Assembly (NCBI GenBank): GCA_965237955.1
Contig: OZ250169.1
Location: 2,976,001 to 3,040,000 of the forward strand
Direction of reading: 5' to 3'
Length of the DNA stretch: 64,000 nucleotides
Source of the DNA: Candidatus Marinacidobacterales bacterium
GTDB lineage: Bacteria > Acidobacteriota > Vicinamibacteria > Marinacidobacterales > SMYC01
Numbering within the stretch: the stretch's first letter is position 1; the number at the start of each line of letters is the position of its first letter. Below are positions 53,406-64,000 of this stretch, one piece after another. The notes beneath the pieces are model-generated. The model saw only the letters and a list, made by a program, of their open reading frames with translations, ran no database searches and was not told where the DNA came from. A program made the translations under genes and the position numbers.

Positions 53406-53629
53406 GTGGAGATCCACCCGGAGTCGATTCGCGGCCCTTGGATCGATGGATTCGTGCTAGATCGGCATGTAATCTCGAGCGCGCCTCTCGGGTACGTTGG
53501 CGAGCACATGCAGTTCGACACAACGCGTTCACCTCTTGGCGAACTCGTTTATCAGTTGAAATACAAGGACGGTAGGCCGGACGATATCGTCGAGACCGCC
53601 ACTGCCTTTGCGGAAGAGCATTGGAGGGG
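53406..53629 (+). pseudogene. ComF/phosphoribosyltransferase-like N-terminal fragment
   Basis: GPWIDGFVLDRH...TTRSPLGELVYQLKYK; cut by the MITE at 53630. Confidence 0.5.
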
Positions 53630-53743
53630 TGCCTTGGTGCATAAATACAGGTAAGTCATTGATTCCATCGACTCTGCTATTTTTGCACCAAAAACGTAAC
53701 CTGCTGATTCCTTTAGAGTTGTCCAGAGTTATGCACCAAGGCA
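53630..53743. mobile_element. 114-bp MITE with IS5-A-like TIRs
   Basis: TGCCTTGGTGCATAA ... TTATGCACCAAGGCA. Confidence 0.8.
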
Positions 53744-54168
53744 GGCTTCCGGCCTATCGCGGATGATGTCGATGACAAGAAGCTGCGAACGTGCAAATAA
53801 AACCCTGTGTTGCACGTTCGCATGTGGGAGGCTGGGTGTACGGCATTTTCACCCGCCTTCCCTCACAAGGGCGTCGTTGGGTCTTCGTCATACCCGCGAC
53901 GCTATCAAGGGGCGCGGCGTCTCCCTGTTTCTCCTTAGGCGCTGCGCTCCTACCCCCTCTTGAAAGGAGAGTCGAATGATGAAACGTGAGGAACGCGATC
54001 TACAGCAAGTCCTTGTAGGTGACGGTGTGGAATCGGCTGTGTTCGACAAGTCTCGAGCAATAGAACACAAGGTCGAACCGGGGACCGGGTTCGATCACAC
54101 TCCGGGCGAGTCCCTTTGGGAAACCGAGTTTCACAATTATGTGCGCCCGGCCGACGGCAACGTGTGGG

Positions 54169-55253
54169 GGCGTTGTTGCACGGCCCGGAGCAAATCGCTG
54201 ACCTCCCTGTGCCGGTTGCAGAGTCACCCGGCGCAGTACGTATCGGGCATCCCGAGCGCAGCCATCTTGTTGAGTATCTCGCACCCAATTCGGTGTTCAA
54301 CTCGTTGCCTCGCCAACGTTCGAGCCCGCATCTCCGGCCCGATGATCGCCTTGTAACGATAGACCGCGTTCTCCACCATGCTTCGCTTGGTGTAGCCTGA
54401 GAGCTTGTACCATTCACGTCGGCCGTGTCTTTCGATTGCACGAATATGGCGATCGCGCTCCTGCATGGCGGTGTTCGAATTCTGACTGAGCGTCGCGTTT
54501 CGTTGCGGCGGAATCACCACGCGCGTCCTTCGTCCAGGACTGTGCGCTTCGATGGCTTCGTAGACCGCTTCCTTGTCGAATGCACTGTCCGCCGCCACCG
54601 ACACTAGAGGTGCTTGAATCTGTGTTAGCAAAGCGGGGACTCGGGTTGCGTCGCGAGCGCGTGACGCCGTCAGTTCGGACGCAACAATGTTCCCTGTCTC
54701 GCGATCAACGGCGATGTGCAACTTGCGCCATGCGCGCAGCTTTGGCGGTTTGCGGGCGTTTCCAACATGAATCCTCAAGCCCGTGCTATCGATCATCAGG
54801 TGGATGGGTTGAGTGCTCGCGGCTTTCGGAATCCGCAGCTTCTTGCGGAGCAACCTCGAGCGCCGACACAACGTCGAGTAGTCCGGGATCTCGATACCGA
54901 GCCCAAGAAGCGAGGCGATCGAGTGCAAGAAGCCTTCGGTTTGTCGGTAGGCGAGCTTGTACACCATCCGGACAACCAGGCCCGTTTCAATCGCCATGTC
55001 TGAATAGACCCGTTGACCGCCAGGCTTACCGGTCTTGTCGGCCTTCCAGTTCGGGATTGCCTCCTCGTCAAACCAGACTGTCAAATCGCCCCGGCGGCGC
55101 AGCCCTTCGTTGTATTCCGCCCAGTTGCGAACGTGGTACTTCTTCTGCTTCGCGTGCTTGTACTGGCAGCGCTTGGGATACTTCATGCTCGAACATACCT
55201 CGGCCACCACCATAGGCGGATTTCGCTCTCAGCCAGAGCGGTGCAACAACGCC
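54169..55253 (-). mobile_element. IS5 family (IS903-like) element B, copy 1 (transposase 54224-55186)
   Basis: TIR GGCGTTGTTGCAC; 1085 bp; IDSTGL, WRKLHIA and GYTKRSMVE motifs. Confidence 0.92.
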
Positions 55254-55819
55254 CCTCCAGGGCGCGGTCCGTGGACGTCGATTCAAGACGACGAAGCCGG
55301 ATTCGAGCGGCGCTCGCCCGATGGACCTCGTGGAGCGCGACTTCAACGCCACACGCCCGAACGAGCTCTGGGTCTCGGACCTGACCTACATCGCTACGTG
55401 GCGCGGCTTCGTGTATGTCGCCTTCGTCATCGACGTCTTCGCTCGACTCATCGTCGGTTGGCGAGCGACGACATCGTTGACTGCAGGCATCGCTCTCGAT
55501 GCGTTGGAGCAGGCGCTGCACGAGCGCCGACTAGACCCAGAAGATACATTGGTGCATCACAGCGATCGCGGCGTGCAGTACGTCTCGACCCGTTACACCG
55601 AGCGGCTCGCCGAGGCGGGCATTGAGCCGTCCGTCGGCAGCCGAGGCGACTCCTACGATAACGCTTTGGCTGAATCCATCATCGGCCTCTACAAGACCGA
55701 GGTGATCCGTCGACGCGGGGCCCCTGGCGTGGTCTCGAGGATGTCGAGTTCGCCACCCTCGAGTGGGTGCATTGGTACAACACGCAACGACTCTTGGAGC
55801 CGATCGGAAATGTCGCCCC
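55254..55819 (+). pseudogene. IS3 family orfB fragment
   Basis: WVSDLTY, HHSDRGVQY and DNALAES motifs; cut by R1 at 55820. Confidence 0.88.
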
Positions 55820-55926
55820 CGTCCTGTGCCAAAACTCGGCCTTTTGAAACAGACCATAATATCAGCAGCTTAGTGTCTGTGTTTGCGACCGGGTCAAGAG
55901 CCGTGCTTCGGCTACCCACCCAACTT

Positions 55927-57116
55927 CTACCGGTCGGCAAGGGGTTCCGACAGCAACCGCCGCGCCGCTGCCAGGAGTCGATCCTTCCAGGCAACGCGTT
56001 CCCGCCAGTGGTCGGGGATGGCGTTCAGGCCGTAGAGGGCGCCGGCGAGCTGCCCCGTCACTGCTGCTACCGTATCGGCGTCGTCGGCCAGGTTGGCCGC
56101 GAGCAGCACCGCGCTGCGGAAGTCTCCGGTGCGGGCGACTGACCAAATGGCGGCTTCGAGCGTGTGAACGACGCACCCGCTGGAGCGGATCGTATCCCGT
56201 GTCCGTCCTCGCCAGCTGCCGGCTATGACCTGAGTGATTGCCGCCGCTCCCGTGAACCGTCTCGGAGCCAGAACGTCCGAGAACGGTGACCCGGCGATGG
56301 CGTCTGCCAGGAGTGCGCCGAACGCCCGGCAGGCGTCCACTGCTTCCTCGGCTCCGTGGGTCGTCCGGGACTGGTCGGCGGCTGCCGCGAGCAGGCGCGG
56401 CCGGTCGTGCCTGAACCGGAGCGCAACGGGGGCGAGCCGCATCAGCGAGCCGTTGCCTGCGCTCAAGGGATCGGTCGAACCCGCGACCGGGTCACCCGTC
56501 CGTAGGTACCGGGTGAGCGCTTGGCAGGTCGTGTTTCCGATGTCGAAGCAGTCTCCGCTCCACGAGTAGTCTCCGTCTCGCCACCACTTCACGAAACGGT
56601 CCATCAGGTCCCGGCAGTCGAGCGTCTTGGATTCCGCCAGGCTGTCGGCAAGGGCCAGCGCCATGGCCGTGTCGTCGGTCCAAGCACCGGCCGGCAGATC
56701 GAACGGGCCGCCACCGACCATGTCTTCTAGACGCGGCTGCGTATCGCGGGAGCAGAATTCGAGCGTCGTGCCGACCGCGTCGCCCACCGCCAGACCGAGG
56801 AAGGCCCCGAGCGCCCGGTCGTGGATGTCGTCCGCGGTCCGGGATGGAACCGATGGTGCTTGTGCCGAACACTGCCTCACGTGGGCCAGCTGGGAGTCGT
56901 TCTCGATGGTCCCTTCGTGGGCGTCGCGCACGCGGCGGATCGCATCGTCCGGTTGCACGCCCAACTCCACCAGCAGGCGGGCTGTGATGGTCCCGGCGCG
57001 TCCCAGACCACCCCGACAGTGGAGCAGCACGTCGAAGCCGAGCCGCAGTCGGTTCCTGATGGACTCGCCGGTGGCCTTCCAGGCGTGCTCGAAGTCCTGT
57101 TCCGGAGCCTCTCCGT
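55927..57116 (-). pseudogene. 5'-truncated phosphatase/ADP-ribosylglycohydrolase copy
   Basis: Matches 36266-37455. Confidence 0.85.
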
Positions 57117-58201
57117 GGCGTTGTTGCACCGCTCTGGCTGAGAGCGAAATCCGCCTATGGTGGTGGCCGAGGTATGTTCGAGCATGAAGTATCCCAAGCG
57201 CTGCCAGTACAAGCACGCGAAGCAGAAGAAGTACCACGTTCGCAACTGGGCGGAATACAACGAAGGGCTGCGCCGCCGGGGCGATTTGACAGTCTGGTTT
57301 GACGAGGAGGCAATCGCGAACTGGAAGGCCGACAAGACCGGTAAGCCTGGCGGTCAACGGGTCTATTCAGACATGGCGATTGAAACGGGCCTGGTTGTCC
57401 GGATGGTGTACAAGCTCGCCTACCGACAAACCGAAGGCTTCTTGCACTCGATCGCCTCGCTTCTCGGGCTCGGTATCGAGATCCCGGACTACTCGACGTT
57501 GTGTCGGCGCTCGAGGTTGCTCCGCAAGAAGCTGCGGATTCCGAAAGCCGCGAGCACTCAACCCATCCACCTGATGATCGATAGCACGGGCTTGAGGATT
57601 CATGTTGGAACCGCCCGCAAACCGCCAAAGCTGCGCGCATGGCGCAAGTTGCACATCGCCGTTGATCGCGAGACAGGGAACATTGTTGCGTCCAAACTGA
57701 CGGCGTCACGAGCTCGCGACGCAACCCGAGTCCTCTCTTTGCTAACACAGATTCAAGCACCTCTAGTGTCGGTGGCGGCGGACAGTGCATACGACAAGGA
57801 AGCGGTCTACGAAGCCATCGAAGCGCACAGTCCTGGACGAAGGACGCGCGTGGTGATTCCGCCGCAACGAAACGCGACGCTCAGTCAGAATTCGAACACC
57901 GCCATGCAGGAGCGCGATCGCCATATTCGTGCAATCGAAAGACACGGCCGACGTGAATGGTACAAGCTCTCAGGCTACACCAAGCGAAGCATGGTGGAGA
58001 ACGCGGTCTATCGTTACAAGGCGATCATCGGGCCGGAGATGCGGGCTCGAACGTTGGCGAGGCAACGAGTTGAACACCGAATTGGGTGCGAGATACTCAA
58101 CAAGATGGCTGCGCTCGGGATGCCCGATACGTACTGCGCCGGGTGACTCTGCAACCGGCACAGGGAGGTCAGCGATTTGCTCCGGGCCGTGCAACAACGC
58201 C
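57117..58201 (+). mobile_element. IS5 family element B, copy 2 (transposase 57184-58146)
   Basis: 1085 bp, same TIRs. Confidence 0.92.
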
Positions 58202-59391
58202 ACGGAGAGGCACCGGAACAGGACTTCGAGCACGCCTGGAAGGCCACCGGCGAGTCCATCAGGAACCGGCTGCGGCTCGGCTTCGACGTGCTGCTCCACT
58301 GCCGGGGTGGTCTGGGACGCGCCGGGACCATCACAGCCCGCCTGCTGGTGGAGTTGGGCGTGCAACCGGACGATGCGATCCGCCGCGTGCGCGACGCCCG
58401 CGAATGGACCATCGAGAACGGCTCCCAGCTGGCTCACGTGAGGCAGTGTTCGGCACAAGCACCATCGGTTCCATCCCGGACCGCGGACGACATCCACGAC
58501 CGGGCGCTCGGGGCCTTCCTCGGTCTGGCGGTGGGCGACGCGGTCGGCACGACGCTCGAATTCTGCTCCCGCGATACGCAGCCGCGTCTAGAAGACATGG
58601 TCGGTGGCGGCCCGTTCGATCTGCCGGCCGGCGCTTGGACCGACGACACGGCCATGGCGCTGGCCCTTGCCGACAGCCTGGCGGAATCCAAGACGCTCGA
58701 CTGCCGGGACCTGATGGACCGTTTCGTGAAGTGGTGGCGAGACGGAGACTACTCGTGGAGCGGAGACTGCTTCGACATCGGAAACACGACCTGCCAAGCG
58801 CTCACCCGGTACCTACGGACGGGTGACCCGGTCGCGGGTTCGGCCGATCCCTTGAGCGCAGGCAACGGCTCGCTGATGCGGCTCGCCCCCGTTGCGCTCC
58901 GGTTCAGGCACGACCGGCCGCGCCTGATCGCAGCAGCCGCCGACCAGTCCCGGACGACCCACGGAGCCGAGGAAGCAGTGGACGCCTGCCGGGCGTTCGG
59001 CGAGCTCCTAGCGGACGCCATCGCCGGGTCACCGTTCTCGGACGTTCTGGCTCCGAGACGGTTCACGGGAGCGGCGGCAATCACTCAGGTCATAGCCGGC
59101 AGCTGGCGAGGACGGACACGGGATACGATCCGCTCCAGCGGGTACGTCGTTCACACGCTCGAAGCCGCCATCTGGTCAGTCGCCCGCACCGGAGACTTCC
59201 GCGGCGCGGTGCTGCTCGCGGCCAACCTGGCCGACGACGCCGATACGGTAGCAGCAGTGACGGGGCAGCTCGCCGGCGCCCTCTACGGCCTGAACGCCAT
59301 CCCCGACCACTGGCGGGAACGCGTTGCCTGGAAGGATCGACTCCTGGCAGCGGCGCGGCGGTTGCTGTCGGAACCCCTTGCCGACCGGTAG
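58202..59391 (+). pseudogene. 5'-truncated phosphatase/ADP-ribosylglycohydrolase copy
   Basis: Matches 36266-37455; mirror image of 55927-57116. Confidence 0.85.
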
Positions 59392-59679
59392 AAGTTGGGT
59401 GGGTAGCCGAAGCACGGCTCTTGACCCGGTCGCAAACACAGACACTAAGCTGCTGATATTATGCTCTGTTTCAAAAGGCCGAGTTTTGGCACAGGACGGG
59501 GTAGGCGTCGATACTTACAACTCTGTAAATTTCAAGACAAAGTCTCACAATTTTAATATGCCTCTTCCGGTCATTCATTCTGTTTTGCTCAATAGGTCAA
59601 CGCAGTACAGCAAAAAATCTAGCAAAGCATTTGGCGCGATGTTCGATGAGATCAAGAAGCGCACACAAGCACTACAGAC

Positions 59680-59799
59680 GGTACTGTCAAGTTGAGGTCT
59701 CGAGCTCGGACCGGGCCGCTAGATAATGGGGCTCGAGTGCACCGCGTTGCCAACATCTTGGGGTCGGATCGGCCCTCAATGCCTCAACTTGACAGTACC
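59680..59799. mobile_element. 120-bp MITE with IS6-type TIRs
   Basis: Perfect 18-bp TIR GGTACTGTCAAGTTGAGG, sharing its outer 15 bp with the IS6 end at 42842. Confidence 0.85.
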
Positions 59800-60172
59800 G
59801 ATTGAACAGCTACTTTACGAGTTCGACACCCTTTCGAAGTGGAGTCGGCCCGTCACCGACGAAGAGCTTGCCCACGCGCAGGATAGCCTCGTCCGTGGTT
59901 TCGCCCAGCGTTTCGAGACGATGTCTCAAGTAGCCGGCGAGATAGCCGAGCTCGAGGGGTACGGTCTTTCCACCGACGAGCTCGGTCGCTACCCCGAGCG
60001 CATCGAGTCCATCACCAAGGATCAGCTCGAAGCTGCGGCCGCAAAATACCTGAACACGGACGAGGCCATTCTTTTGGTGGTGGGCGACGGCGAGAAAGTC
60101 GCGGACGGGTTGAGCGCGCTGGAATTCGGAAGCATGAAGCGGCTCGACGTAGAAGGAGAGTTGCTGGATTAG
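59800..60172 (+). pseudogene. M16 peptidase C-terminal fragment
   Basis: PVTDEELAHAQDSLVRGFAQRFET...IESITKDQLEAAAAKYL...LVVGD. Confidence 0.7.
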
Positions 60173-61442
60173 ATTCGCCCGTCTGGTGCAGAAGATAGGT
60201 TGGAAAGTCAGCTCCACCCTTGCCCTCTTGCCGGTCCCGGACTTAGAGTGTCGCGATGAGCTGGCGGCCATACCTCTACGCCGAGACTCAGCGTCCCCGT
60301 CCTGTGCCAAAACTCGGCCCTCTTGAAATAGACCACAAATCAGCAGCTTAGTGTCTGTGTTTGCGACCGGACCAAGGGCCGTAGGCTTTACAATCGTCTG
60401 GCCCGAGGGCGTCCTGTGCCAAAACTCGGCCCAGCCGGCATCGACGAAAGAACTGCGCTTCTCGAAATCAGGCTCAAACTCTAGCAGGCGAACGGGTTAC
60501 ACGGCAGGCGCCAACATTTGACTGCGGAAGCACCCGAGTTCCATTCTTCGCCGCTGTACGCTACTAGGTGGAGGACCGCGATATGCGTCTCCATCGCGCG
60601 CAATCGACCGAGAGAACGACGGCATAGCCTGTGAGAGGTAAGATAAGATGCGACACTTCCCCATTCCCGTATGGATCGCTGTGCTCGCCACGGGCTCGTG
60701 GCACAACCCCGCCACGGCCCAGACGTCGTGGCGGGGCTTGGTGGTTGCCCCCGAATCCCGTTGCTCCCCGTCCTGTGCCAAAACTCGGCCCTCTTGAAAT
60801 AGATCATAAATCAGTAGCTTAGTGTCTGTGTTTGCGGAGGTGCCAAGGGCTGAGCGCGAACAAACGACGAAATCATGCAGGTATGGTCCCGGCAGACCGG
60901 AGACCGATCAAGTTCGGGGCGCGCGGATGAATAAATAGAAGGCACAACCAGTCGACTTGCTTCCGCATCCCTCTTTGTCGCCCCTTGTTGGGCCCGACCC
61001 CGTCCTGTGCCAAAACTCGGCCCTTTTGAAACAGACCGCAAATCAACAGCTTAGAGGCCCTTGGAATCCGCGCAGAATCCAGGGTATTTCGCGCCGCAGG
61101 GCTGGCTTCCGACCCCTGGGCTGCGGGTGGCGGGCGACAGGCCCACCGGGGGTGCGCACGGCCGGCTCAAATCGGCTGCGGGGCGAGCTTGCAGGCAACG
61201 AACTACGCACCCGGAAGGAATACGTATCCGACCGCGATGCCGGATTCAAGCAGCCCTTGGAAAGGTGCAAACTGCTGACCCGCTGGGCGTTCGAGTATTT
61301 TGACCAGACGGAATGTCGTGGCTGTCCGAGTTTTGGCACAGGACGGGGAATAGGCGAGATCCCGCATGCCACCACATGCGGTTCGTTGTGACGAACTGGC
61401 CCGGTGACCAATTCACCGTCGCCGCATCTTTGGAGGTGATCA

Positions 61443-62996
61443 GTGCGTATTCTACCCGCTTTGTTTCTGTTTTTTACTTTCCATTCGGTTCTGAGCGCTC
61501 AACCGTTCCGTGAGTCCAGGACCTTGTGGGCTAGCGACCCCGCGGAAGTGCCAGCGCTCGCCAGTGAGATCGACCGGATGCTGGACACCGATCAGCTTCA
61601 GTTCAAGCGTTCGCAGACGGACGGCACTTTCCCCGGCCGGACCCACGAACGAATGAACCAGTACCATCAAGGCGTCCGGGTTTTTGGCGGACAACTCGTG
61701 TGGCAGAAGCAGTCCGGGTTGGTGCTGTCGGCAACCGGCAACATCTACGAGGCTGTCGATGTCGGCGTGACCCCAACTCTCACGGTTGCCGAGGCGGAAG
61801 CGCGTGTGCTCGCACTTGAGGGACCGGAAGCGTTCATCGGCGGCGAGACCGAACTGGTGATCCTGCCACTTACCGATAGATATGCGCTCGCGTACTACGT
61901 TCGGACACGCAGTCCAGGTGCACTCCAGGTGTCGTTTATCGACGCCCATTCGGGCGAGCGACTTCTCACGTGGAACGATCTACATACTCAACATGAGGGC
62001 GTTGGCCTCGGGATCGGCACATGGGGAGACAGGAAGAAGATGACCTCTCAGGAGGCCGTCGGCACGTTCAGAGCCGTCGATACCATCCGGCCGTTCGGCA
62101 TCAAGACCTATGACGTGAACTTCAATGCCTATGCTTGGAATAATTACATGGCTGACACCGACGCATTTCTAGCGACCGACCGCGACAATGAGTGGACGGA
62201 TGGAGCCGTCGTGGATGCCCATGTGTATTCCGGGTACACATACGACTACTACTTCAAACGCTACAACCGGTACGGCATTGACGACCTAGGGCTCGTCGCT
62301 ACCAACTACGTTCACTTCTTACCGCAAAGCGCGGGGTTCAACAATGCCTTTTACGACTCATACGACAACTCAATGAACTATGGCGATGGGGACGGCATAG
62401 AGTCCACCTTCAACTCAGCAGCTCTTGATATTGTCGCGCACGAGATCACTCATGGAGTGACGAATCACTCCTCAGATCTGATCTACCGCAACGAGTCCGG
62501 GGCGCTCAACGAGGCGATATCCGACATCATGGGAGTGGCCACGGAATTCTTCTTTCAGCCTGTCGGGGACGGGAGACTGCAAGCTGACTGGGTAATGGAC
62601 GAGGACACTTTTATTAACTTTGGAGAGTATATCCGGTCTTTCTCCGACCCATTAAGCGCAAGGTACCCGAAACCGGATCACTACAGAATCCGGTACCTCG
62701 GAGACCTGGACCGTGGGGGTGTACATATCAACTCCAGCATTGTGAACCACGCTTTCTACTTGATGGTCATGGGCGGCACCAATCGGGTGTCCGGCATCAG
62801 CGTCAACGGCATCGGGTTCGAGCAAATGGACCGGATGGAACAGATCTTCTACAGGGCCTTCATGTACTACTTGGTCCCGAGCTCCAACTTCTCCGATGCT
62901 CGTGAAGCCACGATTCGCGCCGCAAGGGAACTCTACGGCGCCGGCGTCGAAGAACAGACCGTCCGTGCCGGATGGAATGCGGTAGGTGTCCAGTGA
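61443..62996 (+). CDS. M4 family (thermolysin-like) metallopeptidase, paralog 2
   Basis: Signal peptide; NNAFY, HEITH, GALNEA and GVHINSSI motifs. Confidence 0.92.
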   Translation: MRILPALFLFFTFHSVLSAQPFRESRTLWASDPAEVPALASEIDRMLDTDQLQFKRSQTDGTFPGRTHERMNQYHQGVRVFGGQLVWQKQSGLVLSATGNIYEAVDVGVTPTLTVAEAEARVLALEGPEAFIGGETELVILPLTDRYALAYYVRTRSPGALQVSFIDAHSGERLLTWNDLHTQHEGVGLGIGTWGDRKKMTSQEAVGTFRAVDTIRPFGIKTYDVNFNAYAWNNYMADTDAFLATDRDNEWTDGAVVDAHVYSGYTYDYYFKRYNRYGIDDLGLVATNYVHFLPQSAGFNNAFYDSYDNSMNYGDGDGIESTFNSAALDIVAHEITHGVTNHSSDLIYRNESGALNEAISDIMGVATEFFFQPVGDGRLQADWVMDEDTFINFGEYIRSFSDPLSARYPKPDHYRIRYLGDLDRGGVHINSSIVNHAFYLMVMGGTNRVSGISVNGIGFEQMDRMEQIFYRAFMYYLVPSSNFSDAREATIRAARELYGAGVEEQTVRAGWNAVGVQ

Positions 62997-63745
62997 GAAA
63001 AACATGCCTTGCTTTAGCGATAGTGCTTGCGCTCCCGGCGCTTCTTCATGCTCAGGAAGCCGAAGAACCAGAGAAGAAAGAGAAACGGGCTCAGTTCATC
63101 ATCCACGCGAACTACCTTCCGACGCTCCCGAACCTTGACGAGACCACTAGCTTCACGAGGTTCCTTGAGCAAGGTTCAACCAGCCGAGTGTACTCTGGAG
63201 GCAGCGGTACAGCTATCGAGGTTGGCGGAATGTACGCGCTGGCGTCGAGGTTTTCGTTCGGATTTAGCTTCGAACTCCTTCCAGCCTTGCAGGACGGGAC
63301 TCTGGACGTCTCGGAGCCGCACCCGCTGTTGTTCAACCAACACCTAAAGGCCAGCCAGACGCTCGATGAACTAGACTACTCAGAGTTCACGGTTCACACC
63401 GCTTTCGCGTACCGTATTGCGTCCGAGAGGATAGAGGTCGAGTTGTTCGCCGGTCCGAGTGTCTTCACAACGGAAATAGAATTGATCGACAAGGTTGTCC
63501 CGAAATCGGAGTACCCGTTCGACGAGATATCTCTAACTGGCGTTAGTAGCGTGACCCTGAACAACACCGCCATCGGCTTCAACGCTGGTGCTGGCTTGGC
63601 GTACTATTTCACGGAAACGTGGGGCGCGTCCTTCCTGGTACGCTTCAGTCAGGCTGACATTGAGGTCCAACGCGAGGGCGGGGAGCCTCTCGGTTTCAAA
63701 GCCGGCGGGTTACGGTTTGGAGGAGGAATCAGGATCAGGTTTTGA
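62993..63745 (+). CDS. Outer-membrane beta-barrel protein, paralog 2
   Basis: GTGA overlap; homologous to 10957-11721; C-terminal GIRIRF. Confidence 0.8.
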   Translation: MRKTCLALAIVLALPALLHAQEAEEPEKKEKRAQFIIHANYLPTLPNLDETTSFTRFLEQGSTSRVYSGGSGTAIEVGGMYALASRFSFGFSFELLPALQDGTLDVSEPHPLLFNQHLKASQTLDELDYSEFTVHTAFAYRIASERIEVELFAGPSVFTTEIELIDKVVPKSEYPFDEISLTGVSSVTLNNTAIGFNAGAGLAYYFTETWGASFLVRFSQADIEVQREGGEPLGFKAGGLRFGGGIRIRF

Positions 63746-63802
63746 AGCTGCTTCCCGGAGCTTCCCTTTTATACTTGAGGATGGGAGGCTGTGGAGAAAC
63801 CG

Positions 63803-63982
63803 ATGAGCGCAGAATTGATCGCAATCCTAGCGGTTGGCGTGACGATCGGAGGTCTACTCTTTAGCAATAACCGGAAACTTCGCCGTGACATTGCTGATCT
63901 CCGTGAGCGGATGGCTCGCCTTGAGGGGCTATTTGAGGGATTCATCACGGGAACTGGGAAGAAGGGCAGCGAGGTAGCTTGA
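63803..63982 (+). CDS. Small TM plus coiled-coil protein
   Basis: GGAG RBS; MSAELIAILAVGV...DIADLRERMARLEG. Confidence 0.65.
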   Translation: MSAELIAILAVGVTIGGLLFSNNRKLRRDIADLRERMARLEGLFEGFITGTGKKGSEVA

Positions 63983-64000
63983 TGGTGTAGGAAGCCGTGG

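Noticed and set aside
2098-61345. R1 copies as a CRISPR array
   Set aside because: Copies occur in both orientations, spacing runs from about 100 bp to many kb, and there are no cas genes.
1-64000. Whole window as an assembly artefact
   Set aside because: Repeat copies carry distinct substitutions, junctions fall precisely at element tips, and the intron and IS110 target logic is coherent. Read-level confirmation is still needed.

Overview
A GC-rich bacterial accessory region with no housekeeping, rRNA or tRNA genes. It is a mosaic of about 20 unrelated 0.3-2.8 kb cargo segments. Most carry one to three intact, usually exported proteins: M4, M28 and S9 peptidases, TlpA-like thioredoxins, a sulfatase, an MBL hydrolase, MscS, a Na+/glutamate symporter, a LamG protein and an ADP-ribosylglycohydrolase. 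The segments are joined at short transposon-type termini. One terminus (R1, 5'-CGTCCTGTGCCAAAACTCGGCCC...) occurs 28 times plus one variant by manual count. It belongs to a family of YGT-starting ends (R1, R2, R3, R5) linked to an rve-type DDE integrase that survives only as fragments. These ends sit singly, usually next to a CC dinucleotide and without target-site duplications. They cut through mobile and defence genes but bracket intact cargo genes, which suggests a transposon-end-driven gene-capture and shuffling array (inference). Two RNA-programmed elements target such ends: an IS1111-type IS110 whose 3' non-coding RNA has guides matching a MITE terminal repeat, and an ORF-deleted group II intron whose EBS1/EBS2 match terminus R2. 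Also present are IS5 (IS903-like), IS6, IS256, IS3 and ISL3 copies or remnants, five copies of a DUF2924-serine recombinase module (one intact), a captured attC cassette and a 3.7 kb inverted duplication. All coordinates were counted by hand and may be off by a few bases. Family names come from motif recognition, not from database searches.
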